This document shows positions 29,092 to 37,635 of a stretch of DNA of 64,000 nt, piece by piece. The position numbers were made by a program, and so were the translations under genes. The notes under the pieces are model-generated. The model saw nothing but the letters and a program-made list of their open reading frames with translations. It was not told where the DNA came from and made no database searches. Position 1 is the stretch's first letter. Every line of letters starts with the position of its first letter. Source of the DNA: an uncultured SAR86 cluster bacterium (GTDB lineage: Bacteria > Pseudomonadota > Gammaproteobacteria > Magnimaribacterales > AG-339-G14); the NCBI GenBank assembly GCA_902616715.1, contig CACMTR010000004.1, forward strand, positions 28 to 64,027, written 5' to 3'.

Positions 29092-30294
29092 ATGAAGAAA
29101 GCAGAGCTAAAAAATATTTATCAAAATATTTTAAAACAAAAATTAGATTTAGATCTTACTAGAGGCCAGCCCTCCAAGGAACAATTAAAACTTTCTGAAC
29201 CGCTCGACCAAATCTTAAATAAAAAATTTATTTATGAAGGAGATGATTTAAGAAATTATGGATTAATTAAAGGTTTGAATTCGGCTCGCAAACTTGGCGG
29301 ATTGTTATTGGGCGTAAATTATAAAAACGTTATTGCTAATGGCACCAGTAGCTTAAATCTAACTTTTATGGTGATACAAGCTCTCTTTTTTGTAGGTCTG
29401 AATGGAAAGCCATGGAAAAACTATAGAAAGATATCTTTTTTATGTCCTGTGCCGGGATACGATAGACATTTTGCTCTTTTAGAGAGTATGGGGATAAAGA
29501 TGATAAATGTTCCTTTGACTGGAGAGGGCCCAGATATGAAATATGTCGGGCAACTTCTAGCTAAAGATAAATCTATAAAGGGTATAATTTGTGTGCCAAA
29601 ACATTCTAATCCTACTGGAGAAACATATTCTTCAAAGGTTCTTGAAGAATTAGCAAAACTTCCAAAAAAAGCTTCAAAAGATTTTATGATTTTTTACGAT
29701 AATGCTTATAGCGTTCATGATTTTAAAAAATCCAAAAAATTAGGAAACATATTCAATCTCTGTAAAAAGTTTAAGACTTCTGACAATATCGTTATGTTCG
29801 CTAGTACAAGCAAAATTACTTTTGCTGGAGCAGGAGTATCTTTTTTAGCAGCTTCAGAAAAAGTACTTCAAAATTTTCTTAAATTTTATGGAAAAACTAG
29901 AGTTGGTTCTGACAAGATTAATCAAGCCAAGCATGCTAAGTTTTTAAAAGATAAAAAAACAATTGAAGAGCATATGTCTAAGCATGCTGTTTTGCTTTCA
30001 AAAAAATTTGAAATTGTTGAAAAGTATCTTTCAAAACTTCCATCAGAATTTGGAACCTGGACAAAGCCCACTGGGGGATATTTTGTCTCTTTCGATTCTA
30101 AACCAGGAAAGGCTAAGAAAATTTTTAAGTTATGTGATGAAGCAGGATTAAAGCTTACTAAAGTAGGCGCTACTTTTCCTTACAACAAAGACCCACTTGA
30201 TCAAAATATAAGAATTTCGCCTTCTAAAATAAGCAACTCGGATTTAAGAAAAGCAATGGAAGTTTTTGTTATTTCCGTTTTATTAGCAGGCTAA
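29092..30294 (+). CDS. PLP-dependent aminotransferase (fold type I)
   Basis: TRGQPS...QL N-terminal motif and FASTSKITFAGAG (PLP lysine). Specific substrate not assignable. Confidence 0.75.
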   Translation: MKKAELKNIYQNILKQKLDLDLTRGQPSKEQLKLSEPLDQILNKKFIYEGDDLRNYGLIKGLNSARKLGGLLLGVNYKNVIANGTSSLNLTFMVIQALFFVGLNGKPWKNYRKISFLCPVPGYDRHFALLESMGIKMINVPLTGEGPDMKYVGQLLAKDKSIKGIICVPKHSNPTGETYSSKVLEELAKLPKKASKDFMIFYDNAYSVHDFKKSKKLGNIFNLCKKFKTSDNIVMFASTSKITFAGAGVSFLAASEKVLQNFLKFYGKTRVGSDKINQAKHAKFLKDKKTIEEHMSKHAVLLSKKFEIVEKYLSKLPSEFGTWTKPTGGYFVSFDSKPGKAKKIFKLCDEAGLKLTKVGATFPYNKDPLDQNIRISPSKISNSDLRKAMEVFVISVLLAG

Positions 30295-30623
30295 TTTCTA
30301 GCGCCTTGAAGAACTTCATAGACCTTACCATTGAAGGGACCAAAATTCGCAGTAACGTCTGGATGTGCAACCGGCTCATTTGATTCGTCGATTAAAAGAT
30401 TCTGTTGAGATACGTAAGCTGTATAAAAAACGTCATCATTCTCAGCAAAAACATGATAAAAGGGTTGATCTTTGCTTGGCCTTATTTGAGAGGGGATGCT
30501 TTGATACCACTCTTCAGTATTATTAAATTCTGGATCTACGTCGAAAATGACACCTCTGAAGTCTAGAAACTTGTGTTTAACTACTTGGCCGATTGAAAAA
30601 TTTGTCTCTACTACTTCTTTCAT
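30291..30623 (-). CDS. hspQ: heat shock protein HspQ (hemimethylated-DNA-binding YccV domain)
   Basis: FSIGQVVKHKFLDFRGVIFDVDP and YHV...YVSQQNL resemble E. coli HspQ. Confidence 0.85.
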   Translation of the reverse strand: MKEVVETNFSIGQVVKHKFLDFRGVIFDVDPEFNNTEEWYQSIPSQIRPSKDQPFYHVFAENDDVFYTAYVSQQNLLIDESNEPVAHPDVTANFGPFNGKVYEVLQGARN

Positions 30624-30672
30624 TTACTTAATTAATTCTACACTATTATATCTAGTGGCATCTAAAATAAAT

Positions 30673-31725
30673 TCAAGCTTTGTGAGCCTCTTTAAGATAA
30701 GAAGTTGATTGCATTTCAATTAATCTACTTACTGTTCTTTTGTATTTTTCCTTCAAATTTGAACCTTTATATATGTCCTTGAAATCTTCTTCTGCACTTA
30801 TGATTAATTTAACTTTTCTGTCATAACATTCATCAATGAGGCTAATAAAGCGTCTCGCAATATCATCTGAATTCATTTTAGACATATTTGAAATTATTAT
30901 TGTTTGATATTCTTTTGAGATCTCAATGTAATCCATGGAACTTCTAGGAGAACTACATATTGTATTGAAATCAAACCAAACAACACCTTTAGAAGATTTT
31001 ATTGTTTCAATTTTTCTCTGAAGGATTTCAATTTCATCTATTTTTACATTATTTATGCCTGTTAAAGATTTAAAAATTTCTTCAAGACTACTTTCTGCCT
31101 CGCTAGAAAGAGGATAAAAAAATAATTTATTCTGTTCTAAAGTTCTAAAACGGTAATCATTTTTTGAATCCAAGTTGTAAAGTTCACAATTTTGCTCAAT
31201 TGACTCAATGGCGGGTAAAAAAAGTTTTCTTTGCAATCCTCCTTCATAAAGTCTTGAAGGCTCTATATTTGAAGTCGTAACAAAACAGGCGTTAGACTTA
31301 AAAAATTCCTGCATAAATTTTCCCAAAAGCATTGCATCTCCGATATCTTCAACAAAAAACTCATCAAAACAAAAAAAAGAATATTTTTTTGTAAGCTTTT
31401 TTACAATTTTATTGATTGGATCTGCTTGTCCTTTAACTTTATTTAAATCGTCATGTAAAAGTTGCATAAACCTATGAAAATGCAGCCTTAATTTTTTTTT
31501 AGACGGGATTTCTTTAAAAAATAAATCCATCAGAAAAGTTTTACCTCTTCCTACCTCTCCATATATATAAATACTCTTTGGTAGTTTTGAGGGTCTAAAA
31601 ATTTCTAAAAAATTAGAATTTTTTGTATGACTAAGTTTTTTCTCTAGAGTATCAATTAATCTAACTTGATCTTCATCAAATTCGATTAGACCTTCTTCGA
31701 CAGCTTTTAAATAATACTGTTTCAG
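30673..31725 (-). CDS. zapE: cell division protein ZapE (AFG1-like ATPase); start revised upstream of the track Met
   Basis: Translating the minus strand upstream of the track Met (31530) gives ...IYIYGEVGRGKTFLMDLFF, so the Walker A lies upstream. The frame is open to 31734 with no ATG/GTG/TTG. CTG at 31725-31723 overlaps the TGA of the upstream gene (CTGA) and gives a 350-aa protein. Confidence 0.8.
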   Translation of the reverse strand: MKQYYLKAVEEGLIEFDEDQVRLIDTLEKKLSHTKNSNFLEIFRPSKLPKSIYIYGEVGRGKTFLMDLFFKEIPSKKKLRLHFHRFMQLLHDDLNKVKGQADPINKIVKKLTKKYSFFCFDEFFVEDIGDAMLLGKFMQEFFKSNACFVTTSNIEPSRLYEGGLQRKLFLPAIESIEQNCELYNLDSKNDYRFRTLEQNKLFFYPLSSEAESSLEEIFKSLTGINNVKIDEIEILQRKIETIKSSKGVVWFDFNTICSSPRSSMDYIEISKEYQTIIISNMSKMNSDDIARRFISLIDECYDRKVKLIISAEEDFKDIYKGSNLKEKYKRTVSRLIEMQSTSYLKEAHKA

Positions 31726-32009
31726 CTTATTAGCTTATGGGTAGTTACTTCAGGAGCTCCAGCTAAAAAAGGGGCTAATTCCATACCAATAGTTTTGAAA
31801 TGTTCTGTTTGAGTATGATTTGCATGAGCAGCTTCATCTTCATAAACTTCAATCATCATAATTGTTTGTGGATCAGAAGTTTCATGCATCTGATAATAAA
31901 CACATCCTGGTTCGTTATCAGAAACTGCTTGAACCAATTTCCTCATTACTTCTATAAATCCTTCAAGTTCTCCATCTTTTATTTTAAGTTTTGCAATAGC
32001 TCCAATCAT
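31722..32009 (-). CDS. antibiotic-biosynthesis-monooxygenase (ABM) family protein / putative quinol monooxygenase
   Basis: 95 aa ferredoxin-like ABM pattern: EPGCVYYQMHE...IEVYEDEAAHANH. Confidence 0.8.
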   Translation of the reverse strand: MIGAIAKLKIKDGELEGFIEVMRKLVQAVSDNEPGCVYYQMHETSDPQTIMMIEVYEDEAAHANHTQTEHFKTIGMELAPFLAGAPEVTTHKLIS

Positions 32010-32081
32010 AATATTCCTCGTATATAAGTTATAATCATTCTACTTTTCTAAATAGATTGATTCAATTCTGATGGTAATAAT

Positions 32082-32699
32082 ATGATAAAAATATGGGGAA
32101 CGGAAAGTTCAAGAGCAATGCGACCTATATGGACTGCAGAAGAGATGGGAATAGAATATGAGCTTGAGATGATGCCATTTCCTCCAAGAGTTTTCATGAA
32201 AGAATTTCTGGACGTCAACATGCTTGGAACTATTCCTTATTTGATAGACGGCGAAGTGAAAATGACTGAATCCGTTGCAATGTCCCAATATTTAGTTGAG
32301 AAATATGGACCGACAGATTTAAGAGTTATGCCAGATGAGCCTGACTATCCAGCTTATTTAAATTGGCTTTTCCACTCTGATGCAACTTTAACTTTTCCAC
32401 AAACGGTTGTTCTAAGGTACAAACTTCAAGAACCAGGCGTTGCGGATGCTGCTGTAGAAGGTTACAGCAGATGGTTTGTTTCAAGGTGTAAATTATTAGA
32501 GACAACTTTAAACGATAGAGAATACTTATGTTCAAATCGTTTTACAATTGCAGATATTTGCGTGAGTTATGCTTTTGTTGTCGCTGAATCTCTAGGCATA
32601 GAGCAAGCATTCAAACCTAATATTAAGAGATACACGGATATGCTTTTTGAAAGAGAAGCCTTTAAAAGATCTAAGTCTTATAAGTTTGAAGAAAAATAA
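32082..32699 (+). CDS. glutathione S-transferase
   Basis: Thioredoxin-like N-domain (GTIPYLIDGEVKMTESVAMSQYL) plus helical C-domain. Confidence 0.8.
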   Translation: MIKIWGTESSRAMRPIWTAEEMGIEYELEMMPFPPRVFMKEFLDVNMLGTIPYLIDGEVKMTESVAMSQYLVEKYGPTDLRVMPDEPDYPAYLNWLFHSDATLTFPQTVVLRYKLQEPGVADAAVEGYSRWFVSRCKLLETTLNDREYLCSNRFTIADICVSYAFVVAESLGIEQAFKPNIKRYTDMLFEREAFKRSKSYKFEEK

Positions 32700-32709
32700 T
32701 CTTAACCTT

Positions 32710-33579
32710 TTAACTTTTGGGCGGAAGGGGGATTAAAGAGCTTGTTCTCTTAAGGTAATTTAAATAGTCTTCCTCGTGACCCCATCTTTTCATTCCCTGT
32801 CTTTCCAGAAGATTAATACCACTTACTTTTGTTAAAAGGAAAATAACAAAAATAGGAGACAGTAATGCAAAATATTGCCATCCCTCAATCACTGGATAGG
32901 CAATAACAGCAATTCCGATCCATAAAACAATTTCACCAAAATAATTTGGATGTCTAGACCAAGACCATAAACCTTCTTGTATAAACCTTCCTTCATTTAA
33001 AGGATTATTTTTAAAATTTGTTTTTTGTTTGTCTGAGATAACTTCAATAACAAAACCTATTAACCAAATTAGAGCTCCAACCACAGCAAACAAGTCTAGT
33101 CCTAATTTATTTGTTGAACTTAACGCTGCAAAAGCCATTCCTGCGGTCATTAATACCCAAAGCCCTTGTATCGTCCAAGTCATTAGGAACTGATAAAAAT
33201 TAGGTTTTATGTGAATGAACCTCGTATCTTCCCCCGCGCTTGTTACTCTCTTAGATAAAAATAATCCTAGCCTACTAGCCCAAATAATAATTAAAGAAGA
33301 AATTAAAATATCCCTTAAATCGACATCAAGTGAGAAAAAAGTTACTAATAAGATAGAGGTGATGTAAGTCATTGATCCTGTTAGATCAAAATAATGCTCA
33401 GTTTGTTTTACGTAAGCAGGAATAAAAATAATCCACTGCAAAATAAAAATATATAAAGTGACGAAATAAAGAATTGATATTCCACCAAATTGAAAGGTAT
33501 TAAATGAAAGGGCGCTTGTAAATAAAAGACCTAAGGAAACTGAAATTAATGTGAAAAAAATTGAAGATAAAGGTTTCAT
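32710..33579 (-). CDS. DUF1295 / steroid-5-alpha-reductase-like membrane protein
   Basis: Polytopic, C-terminal WSWSRHPNYFGEI motif. Confidence 0.75.
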   Translation of the reverse strand: MKPLSSIFFTLISVSLGLLFTSALSFNTFQFGGISILYFVTLYIFILQWIIFIPAYVKQTEHYFDLTGSMTYITSILLVTFFSLDVDLRDILISSLIIIWASRLGLFLSKRVTSAGEDTRFIHIKPNFYQFLMTWTIQGLWVLMTAGMAFAALSSTNKLGLDLFAVVGALIWLIGFVIEVISDKQKTNFKNNPLNEGRFIQEGLWSWSRHPNYFGEIVLWIGIAVIAYPVIEGWQYFALLSPIFVIFLLTKVSGINLLERQGMKRWGHEEDYLNYLKRTSSLIPLPPKS

Positions 33580-33638
33580 AGCAAAAATTAGTATAAACTT
33601 TATATTGTTAAATTTAAAAAAATTTTAGGAGAAGAAAA

Positions 33639-34775
33639 ATGAAATCACCAATTTGTGAGATGTTAGATATCGAATTTCCTTTGGTAGCTTTTTCACATTG
33701 TAGAGATGTAGTTGTAGCTGTTTCAAAGGCAGGGGGATGTGGAGTATTAGGTGCAGTAGGAATGTCACCAGAGCAATTAGAGAAAGAATTAAAATGGATT
33801 GACGAGCATATAGATGGTAAGCCTTACGGCGTTGACGTATTAATACCAAATAAAATGGTTGGAAAAGACGAAAAGTTTAATCCTGATAAGTTAGCCAAAA
33901 TGATTCCTCAAGAATATGCGGACTTCAGAACAGACGTTTTAGAAAATCATGGGATAGAAGCCCCAGAATTACGCGAAATCGACACTGCTGGTTCTGGATT
34001 TGCTGAGAATACCCAATCTGATGGAGCAAAAGCTTTATTAGATGTAGCTTTTAATCATCCTATAAAAATTATTGCGAATGCTTTAGGAGTTCCGCCAGAT
34101 TGGATGATCGAAATGGGTAAAAAAAATAATTGTAAGGTTGCTGCTTTGTTGGGAACAGCTCAACACGCTATAAATCAAGTAAAAGCAGGAGTAGATATCT
34201 TGGTGGTTTCTGGTACTGAAGCGGGAGGACATTGCGGAAGTGTTTCAACAATGGTTCTGATTCCAGAGGTGCATGAAGCCATTCAACCTTATGGAGATGT
34301 TCCTATTTTAGCTGCTGGCGGAATTGTAACTGGAAAACAAATGGCTGCTGCAATGGCGATGGGCGCATCTGGTGCATGGTGCGGTTCGGTATGGTTAACG
34401 ACAATTGAATCTGAGGTAGAGCCAATTATTAAAGAAAAAATGGTTGCTGCAAATTCAAGCCAGACTGTAAGATCTAGAAGTAGAACTGGAAAACACTCTA
34501 GACAACTAGTGACCCCTTGGACAGAAGCTTGGGAGTCTGAGTCAGCTCCGGAACCTCTTCCAATGCCATTACAACCTATGGTTGCTGAACCTGCACTACA
34601 AAAAGTAAATAAATTAGCAGCAGGAGGACATGAGGGAGCTAAAGATTTAGCTACTTATTGGGTAGGTCAAGGAGTAGGGCTCATGAATCAAAGCATATCC
34701 GCAAGCGATGTTGTTCAAGAATTCAAAGAAGATTTCATAAATGCTTATGAAAGATTGAACGATTTTGTAAGTTAA
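33639..34775 (+). CDS. nitronate monooxygenase family (FMN-dependent NMO/2-nitropropane dioxygenase-like)
   Basis: PIVAFSH..., GTEAGGH, AAGGI motifs. Confidence 0.85.
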   Translation: MKSPICEMLDIEFPLVAFSHCRDVVVAVSKAGGCGVLGAVGMSPEQLEKELKWIDEHIDGKPYGVDVLIPNKMVGKDEKFNPDKLAKMIPQEYADFRTDVLENHGIEAPELREIDTAGSGFAENTQSDGAKALLDVAFNHPIKIIANALGVPPDWMIEMGKKNNCKVAALLGTAQHAINQVKAGVDILVVSGTEAGGHCGSVSTMVLIPEVHEAIQPYGDVPILAAGGIVTGKQMAAAMAMGASGAWCGSVWLTTIESEVEPIIKEKMVAANSSQTVRSRSRTGKHSRQLVTPWTEAWESESAPEPLPMPLQPMVAEPALQKVNKLAAGGHEGAKDLATYWVGQGVGLMNQSISASDVVQEFKEDFINAYERLNDFVS

Positions 34776-34779
34776 AATT

Positions 34780-35244
34780 TTACTTAATCTTAGAGATTTC
34801 CTCACCGAGTTCACCCGCAACTCTGTCGAAACCATAAAGATTACTGCGAAAATCTTCTGTGTAAGGACCTAAGGCGTCTTTAAGCTTTGAGCTAGCGTTG
34901 CCCAAGATAGAAGCACTTTTAATAGTAAAGTTTTCAACAAATCCTGCTTCCCATTTACTGCCAGTAAAGTTTTTCATATGAAATAGAGCTGCCTCATTAT
35001 TTGGATATATTTCTAACAGAAAGACTTTGTTTTCTTCATTGGAGAAGTGATATTGGTAAACCAAAGTTTGCGGTTCGCTATTTTTGACGTTCTCTGTAAT
35101 GTTCGAAACAAAGCTAACCGCACTTTCTTCCTTGCCTTGGTTAATTTCTAAATCAATAGCAAAAACTATTACATCAAGCTTTCCATGATGCATTGCAAAT
35201 ACGGAAGAGGAAATGAGTAATAAAAGAATTGAAATTATTTTCAT
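34780..35244 (-). CDS. exported ABM-fold-like protein, function unknown
   Basis: Signal peptide MKIISILLLLISSSVFA, then an ABM-like pattern (EPQTLVYQYHF...LLEIYPNNEAALFH). Confidence 0.45.
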   Translation of the reverse strand: MKIISILLLLISSSVFAMHHGKLDVIVFAIDLEINQGKEESAVSFVSNITENVKNSEPQTLVYQYHFSNEENKVFLLEIYPNNEAALFHMKNFTGSKWEAGFVENFTIKSASILGNASSKLKDALGPYTEDFRSNLYGFDRVAGELGEEISKIK

Positions 35245-35263
35245 AATTAGACCTAATCAAATA

Positions 35264-36022
35264 TTAATGATTCCACCAAGCTTGGTCTGAAAAAGCCCTG
35301 ATGTCAATTTCGTGAGTCCAAGTTGATTTTTTTTGTTTAGCGATGAATAAATAGGTTTCTGCAACTTCTTCTGGCAGAATCATTCCATTTTTTCCTTTCT
35401 GTTCCTTAAACTGTTCGAATAATTCAGGACCTAACATTTTTCCTAAAGTATCAGGAGCATCTACAGCACCGTCAATAATTACATGTGCAACATGAATTCC
35501 ATCTTTAGAAAATTCTGCATTTAAAGACTGACACAACATTCGTCTTCCGCCCATTGCAGCTGCGTGAGAATGTTGACCACTATTTCCTCTAACCGCGGAC
35601 GTAGCCGAAGTAACTATAATATTACCGGTCTTTCTTTCTTTCATCTTTGGAGTAATAACTTGAGCAAGTCTAAACAAACCAAACGTAGCCATTCTCCAGC
35701 CCATTTCAAAGGCTTTGTAACTAGTTTCTGCGAGAGCCCTATCACCGATTTGAGCTCCTATATTGTAAATGACTGTGTCTATAGGACCGATTTCAGATTC
35801 AATTTTGTTTACTAAATCCTCAATAGAATTTTCTTCAATCACATTAAGTAATGAGCCAGAAGCTTTCCCTCCCGATTTTTCTATGTCACTAATTAACTTA
35901 TTTAATCCCTCTTCATCAGTTCTCCTTGCCAAGAAGGCATGATATCCATTGGTAGCAAATTTTTTAGCGACGGTTCCGCCAATTCCAGCTCCAGCTCCAA
36001 TTACTAAACAAACTTTTTCCAT
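35264..36022 (-). CDS. SDR family oxidoreductase
   Basis: VIGAGAGIGG cofactor motif, 252 aa SDR length and layout. Confidence 0.88.
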   Translation of the reverse strand: MEKVCLVIGAGAGIGGTVAKKFATNGYHAFLARRTDEEGLNKLISDIEKSGGKASGSLLNVIEENSIEDLVNKIESEIGPIDTVIYNIGAQIGDRALAETSYKAFEMGWRMATFGLFRLAQVITPKMKERKTGNIIVTSATSAVRGNSGQHSHAAAMGGRRMLCQSLNAEFSKDGIHVAHVIIDGAVDAPDTLGKMLGPELFEQFKEQKGKNGMILPEEVAETYLFIAKQKKSTWTHEIDIRAFSDQAWWNH

Positions 36023-36038
36023 AATCTAAAATAATTTA

Positions 36039-37169
36039 TTACATTGCATCCAAAAATAATTGTTCCCATTCTTCAGGGGAAGGGAGCTTAGGGGTAGTGA
36101 CATTACTTGGATCGGTTATTGAGTGTTCAACAAGTTCGGGAATCATTTCTTCAGTGACGCCCATTTCTTTAAGTCCGCTGGGTAAACCTATTTTCTCGTT
36201 AAATTTTTCTATTTCATCTGCGAGATCAGCAGATTCACTTTTACCCATTGCTTTTAAAATCCTAGGTAATTTGTTTCCGACATGATCTTTATTAAACCTA
36301 ATTACTGTGGGGAGAATTACGCCATTTAAAGTTCCATGATGCAATCTTAATTCTTGATTAGCTCCAATTGCATGGCTCATAGAATGAACTGCTCCTAGAC
36401 CTTTTGAAAAGGCCATAGCTCCTTCAGTAGATGCCATCATCATATTCCACCTTGCATCTAAATCTTGGCCATCTTTGCAAGCATTAATCAAACTTTGATC
36501 ACAAACTATTTTTTCGATTCCGTCTAGACCAACTGCTTCGGCAGGGGGATCATTAATTGGAGACATTATCGCTTCAATGCAATGAGTTAAGGCATCCATT
36601 CCGGCCCCAGCGGTTAAAATTGGGGGCAGGCCCACAGTTAGTTCGGGATCGCAGATTGCTGCATCGGGTCTCAAATGTTCACTCGCTAAAATAAGTTTTC
36701 TTCCATCATTCATAATGATTACCGAGCCTACAGAGACTTCACTCCCAGTTCCCGAAGTAGTGGGAATGGCTATCATAGGCACAGTTTTTTTTATTTTTGT
36801 AAAACCACCTTCATTTAGAGAATAATCGATAACATTGCCTTCATGGTTAGCCATTAGCGCAACGGCTTTTCCTAAGTCCATGCTTGATCCTCCTCCAAAA
36901 CCTATAACTCCGTCGCAGTCATTGGTCTTGTAAGCCTCTAAAGCTTCATCGACTGCTTTTTCAGTGGGGTTTGCTGGAGTTTCTTCATAAAAAGTTGGTG
37001 AGAGCTCATTTGATAAAAGATTTCTTATTTTGTCTGTCATACCAATAGATGCAAGGCCAGGGTCTGTACATATAAGAGGTTTTTTTATCCCGTGTGCCTT
37101 TAAAACTTCAGAAATTTTTTTTAAAGATCCGTTTTCAAAGTGGGGTTTATTAAAGAAATTAAGCTGCAT
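36039..37169 (-). CDS. iron-containing (group III) alcohol dehydrogenase
   Basis: GFGGGSSMDLGK, PTTSGTGSE, DALTHCIE, HxxxH metal site (HSMSH). Confidence 0.9.
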   Translation of the reverse strand: MQLNFFNKPHFENGSLKKISEVLKAHGIKKPLICTDPGLASIGMTDKIRNLLSNELSPTFYEETPANPTEKAVDEALEAYKTNDCDGVIGFGGGSSMDLGKAVALMANHEGNVIDYSLNEGGFTKIKKTVPMIAIPTTSGTGSEVSVGSVIIMNDGRKLILASEHLRPDAAICDPELTVGLPPILTAGAGMDALTHCIEAIMSPINDPPAEAVGLDGIEKIVCDQSLINACKDGQDLDARWNMMMASTEGAMAFSKGLGAVHSMSHAIGANQELRLHHGTLNGVILPTVIRFNKDHVGNKLPRILKAMGKSESADLADEIEKFNEKIGLPSGLKEMGVTEEMIPELVEHSITDPSNVTTPKLPSPEEWEQLFLDAM

Positions 37170-37178
37170 TTTATTAAA

Positions 37179-37481
37179 TTATCCTAAACTTTTAATGACA
37201 GACAAATTGTGCATAATCGAATTTGGATGTCTGTGATCTTTAGACAACTTTTGATATTCTTCGTCGTTGTACCAGCTATCAAACTCGTCCTTTGAATTGA
37301 ATGTCCACATTGCAACTCTTCCTTTTAATCCTTCGCCTTCAATTTTTTCTGGGGTATCATCAAAAGTAATAAATTCTCCACCGTGCTTTTTTAAAATTCC
37401 AAAAAAACCCTTTTCATAATTTCTAAACTCTTCAGAATTACTTATTTCAAAATTTGCAATTACGTAAACTTTTTCAGACAT
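37179..37481 (-). CDS. DUF1330 domain protein
   Basis: About 100 aa dimeric alpha-beta barrel-like pattern. The ATG at 37481 is preceded by GAGGAG and preferred over the TTG at 37493. Confidence 0.7.
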   Translation of the reverse strand: MSEKVYVIANFEISNSEEFRNYEKGFFGILKKHGGEFITFDDTPEKIEGEGLKGRVAMWTFNSKDEFDSWYNDEEYQKLSKDHRHPNSIMHNLSVIKSLG

Positions 37482-37635
37482 ATATCTCCTCAACTATTGA
37501 AGAAATTATCTTATCAAAAAACAGTAGAAATTATGTTTATTTTTCTTATTGCCGACTCAAAGACGGACAAAAAGACTTTTAATTGAGTAGTTTTAAAAAT
37601 AAAATTTCAAAACTGAATTCTATTAGGGGGAATAA

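Noticed and set aside
30673-31530. zapE as a 5'-truncated pseudogene lacking its P-loop.
   Set aside because: The frame stays open upstream through an intact Walker A (GEVGRGKT) and N-terminal helix. A non-ATG start is more parsimonious than decay.
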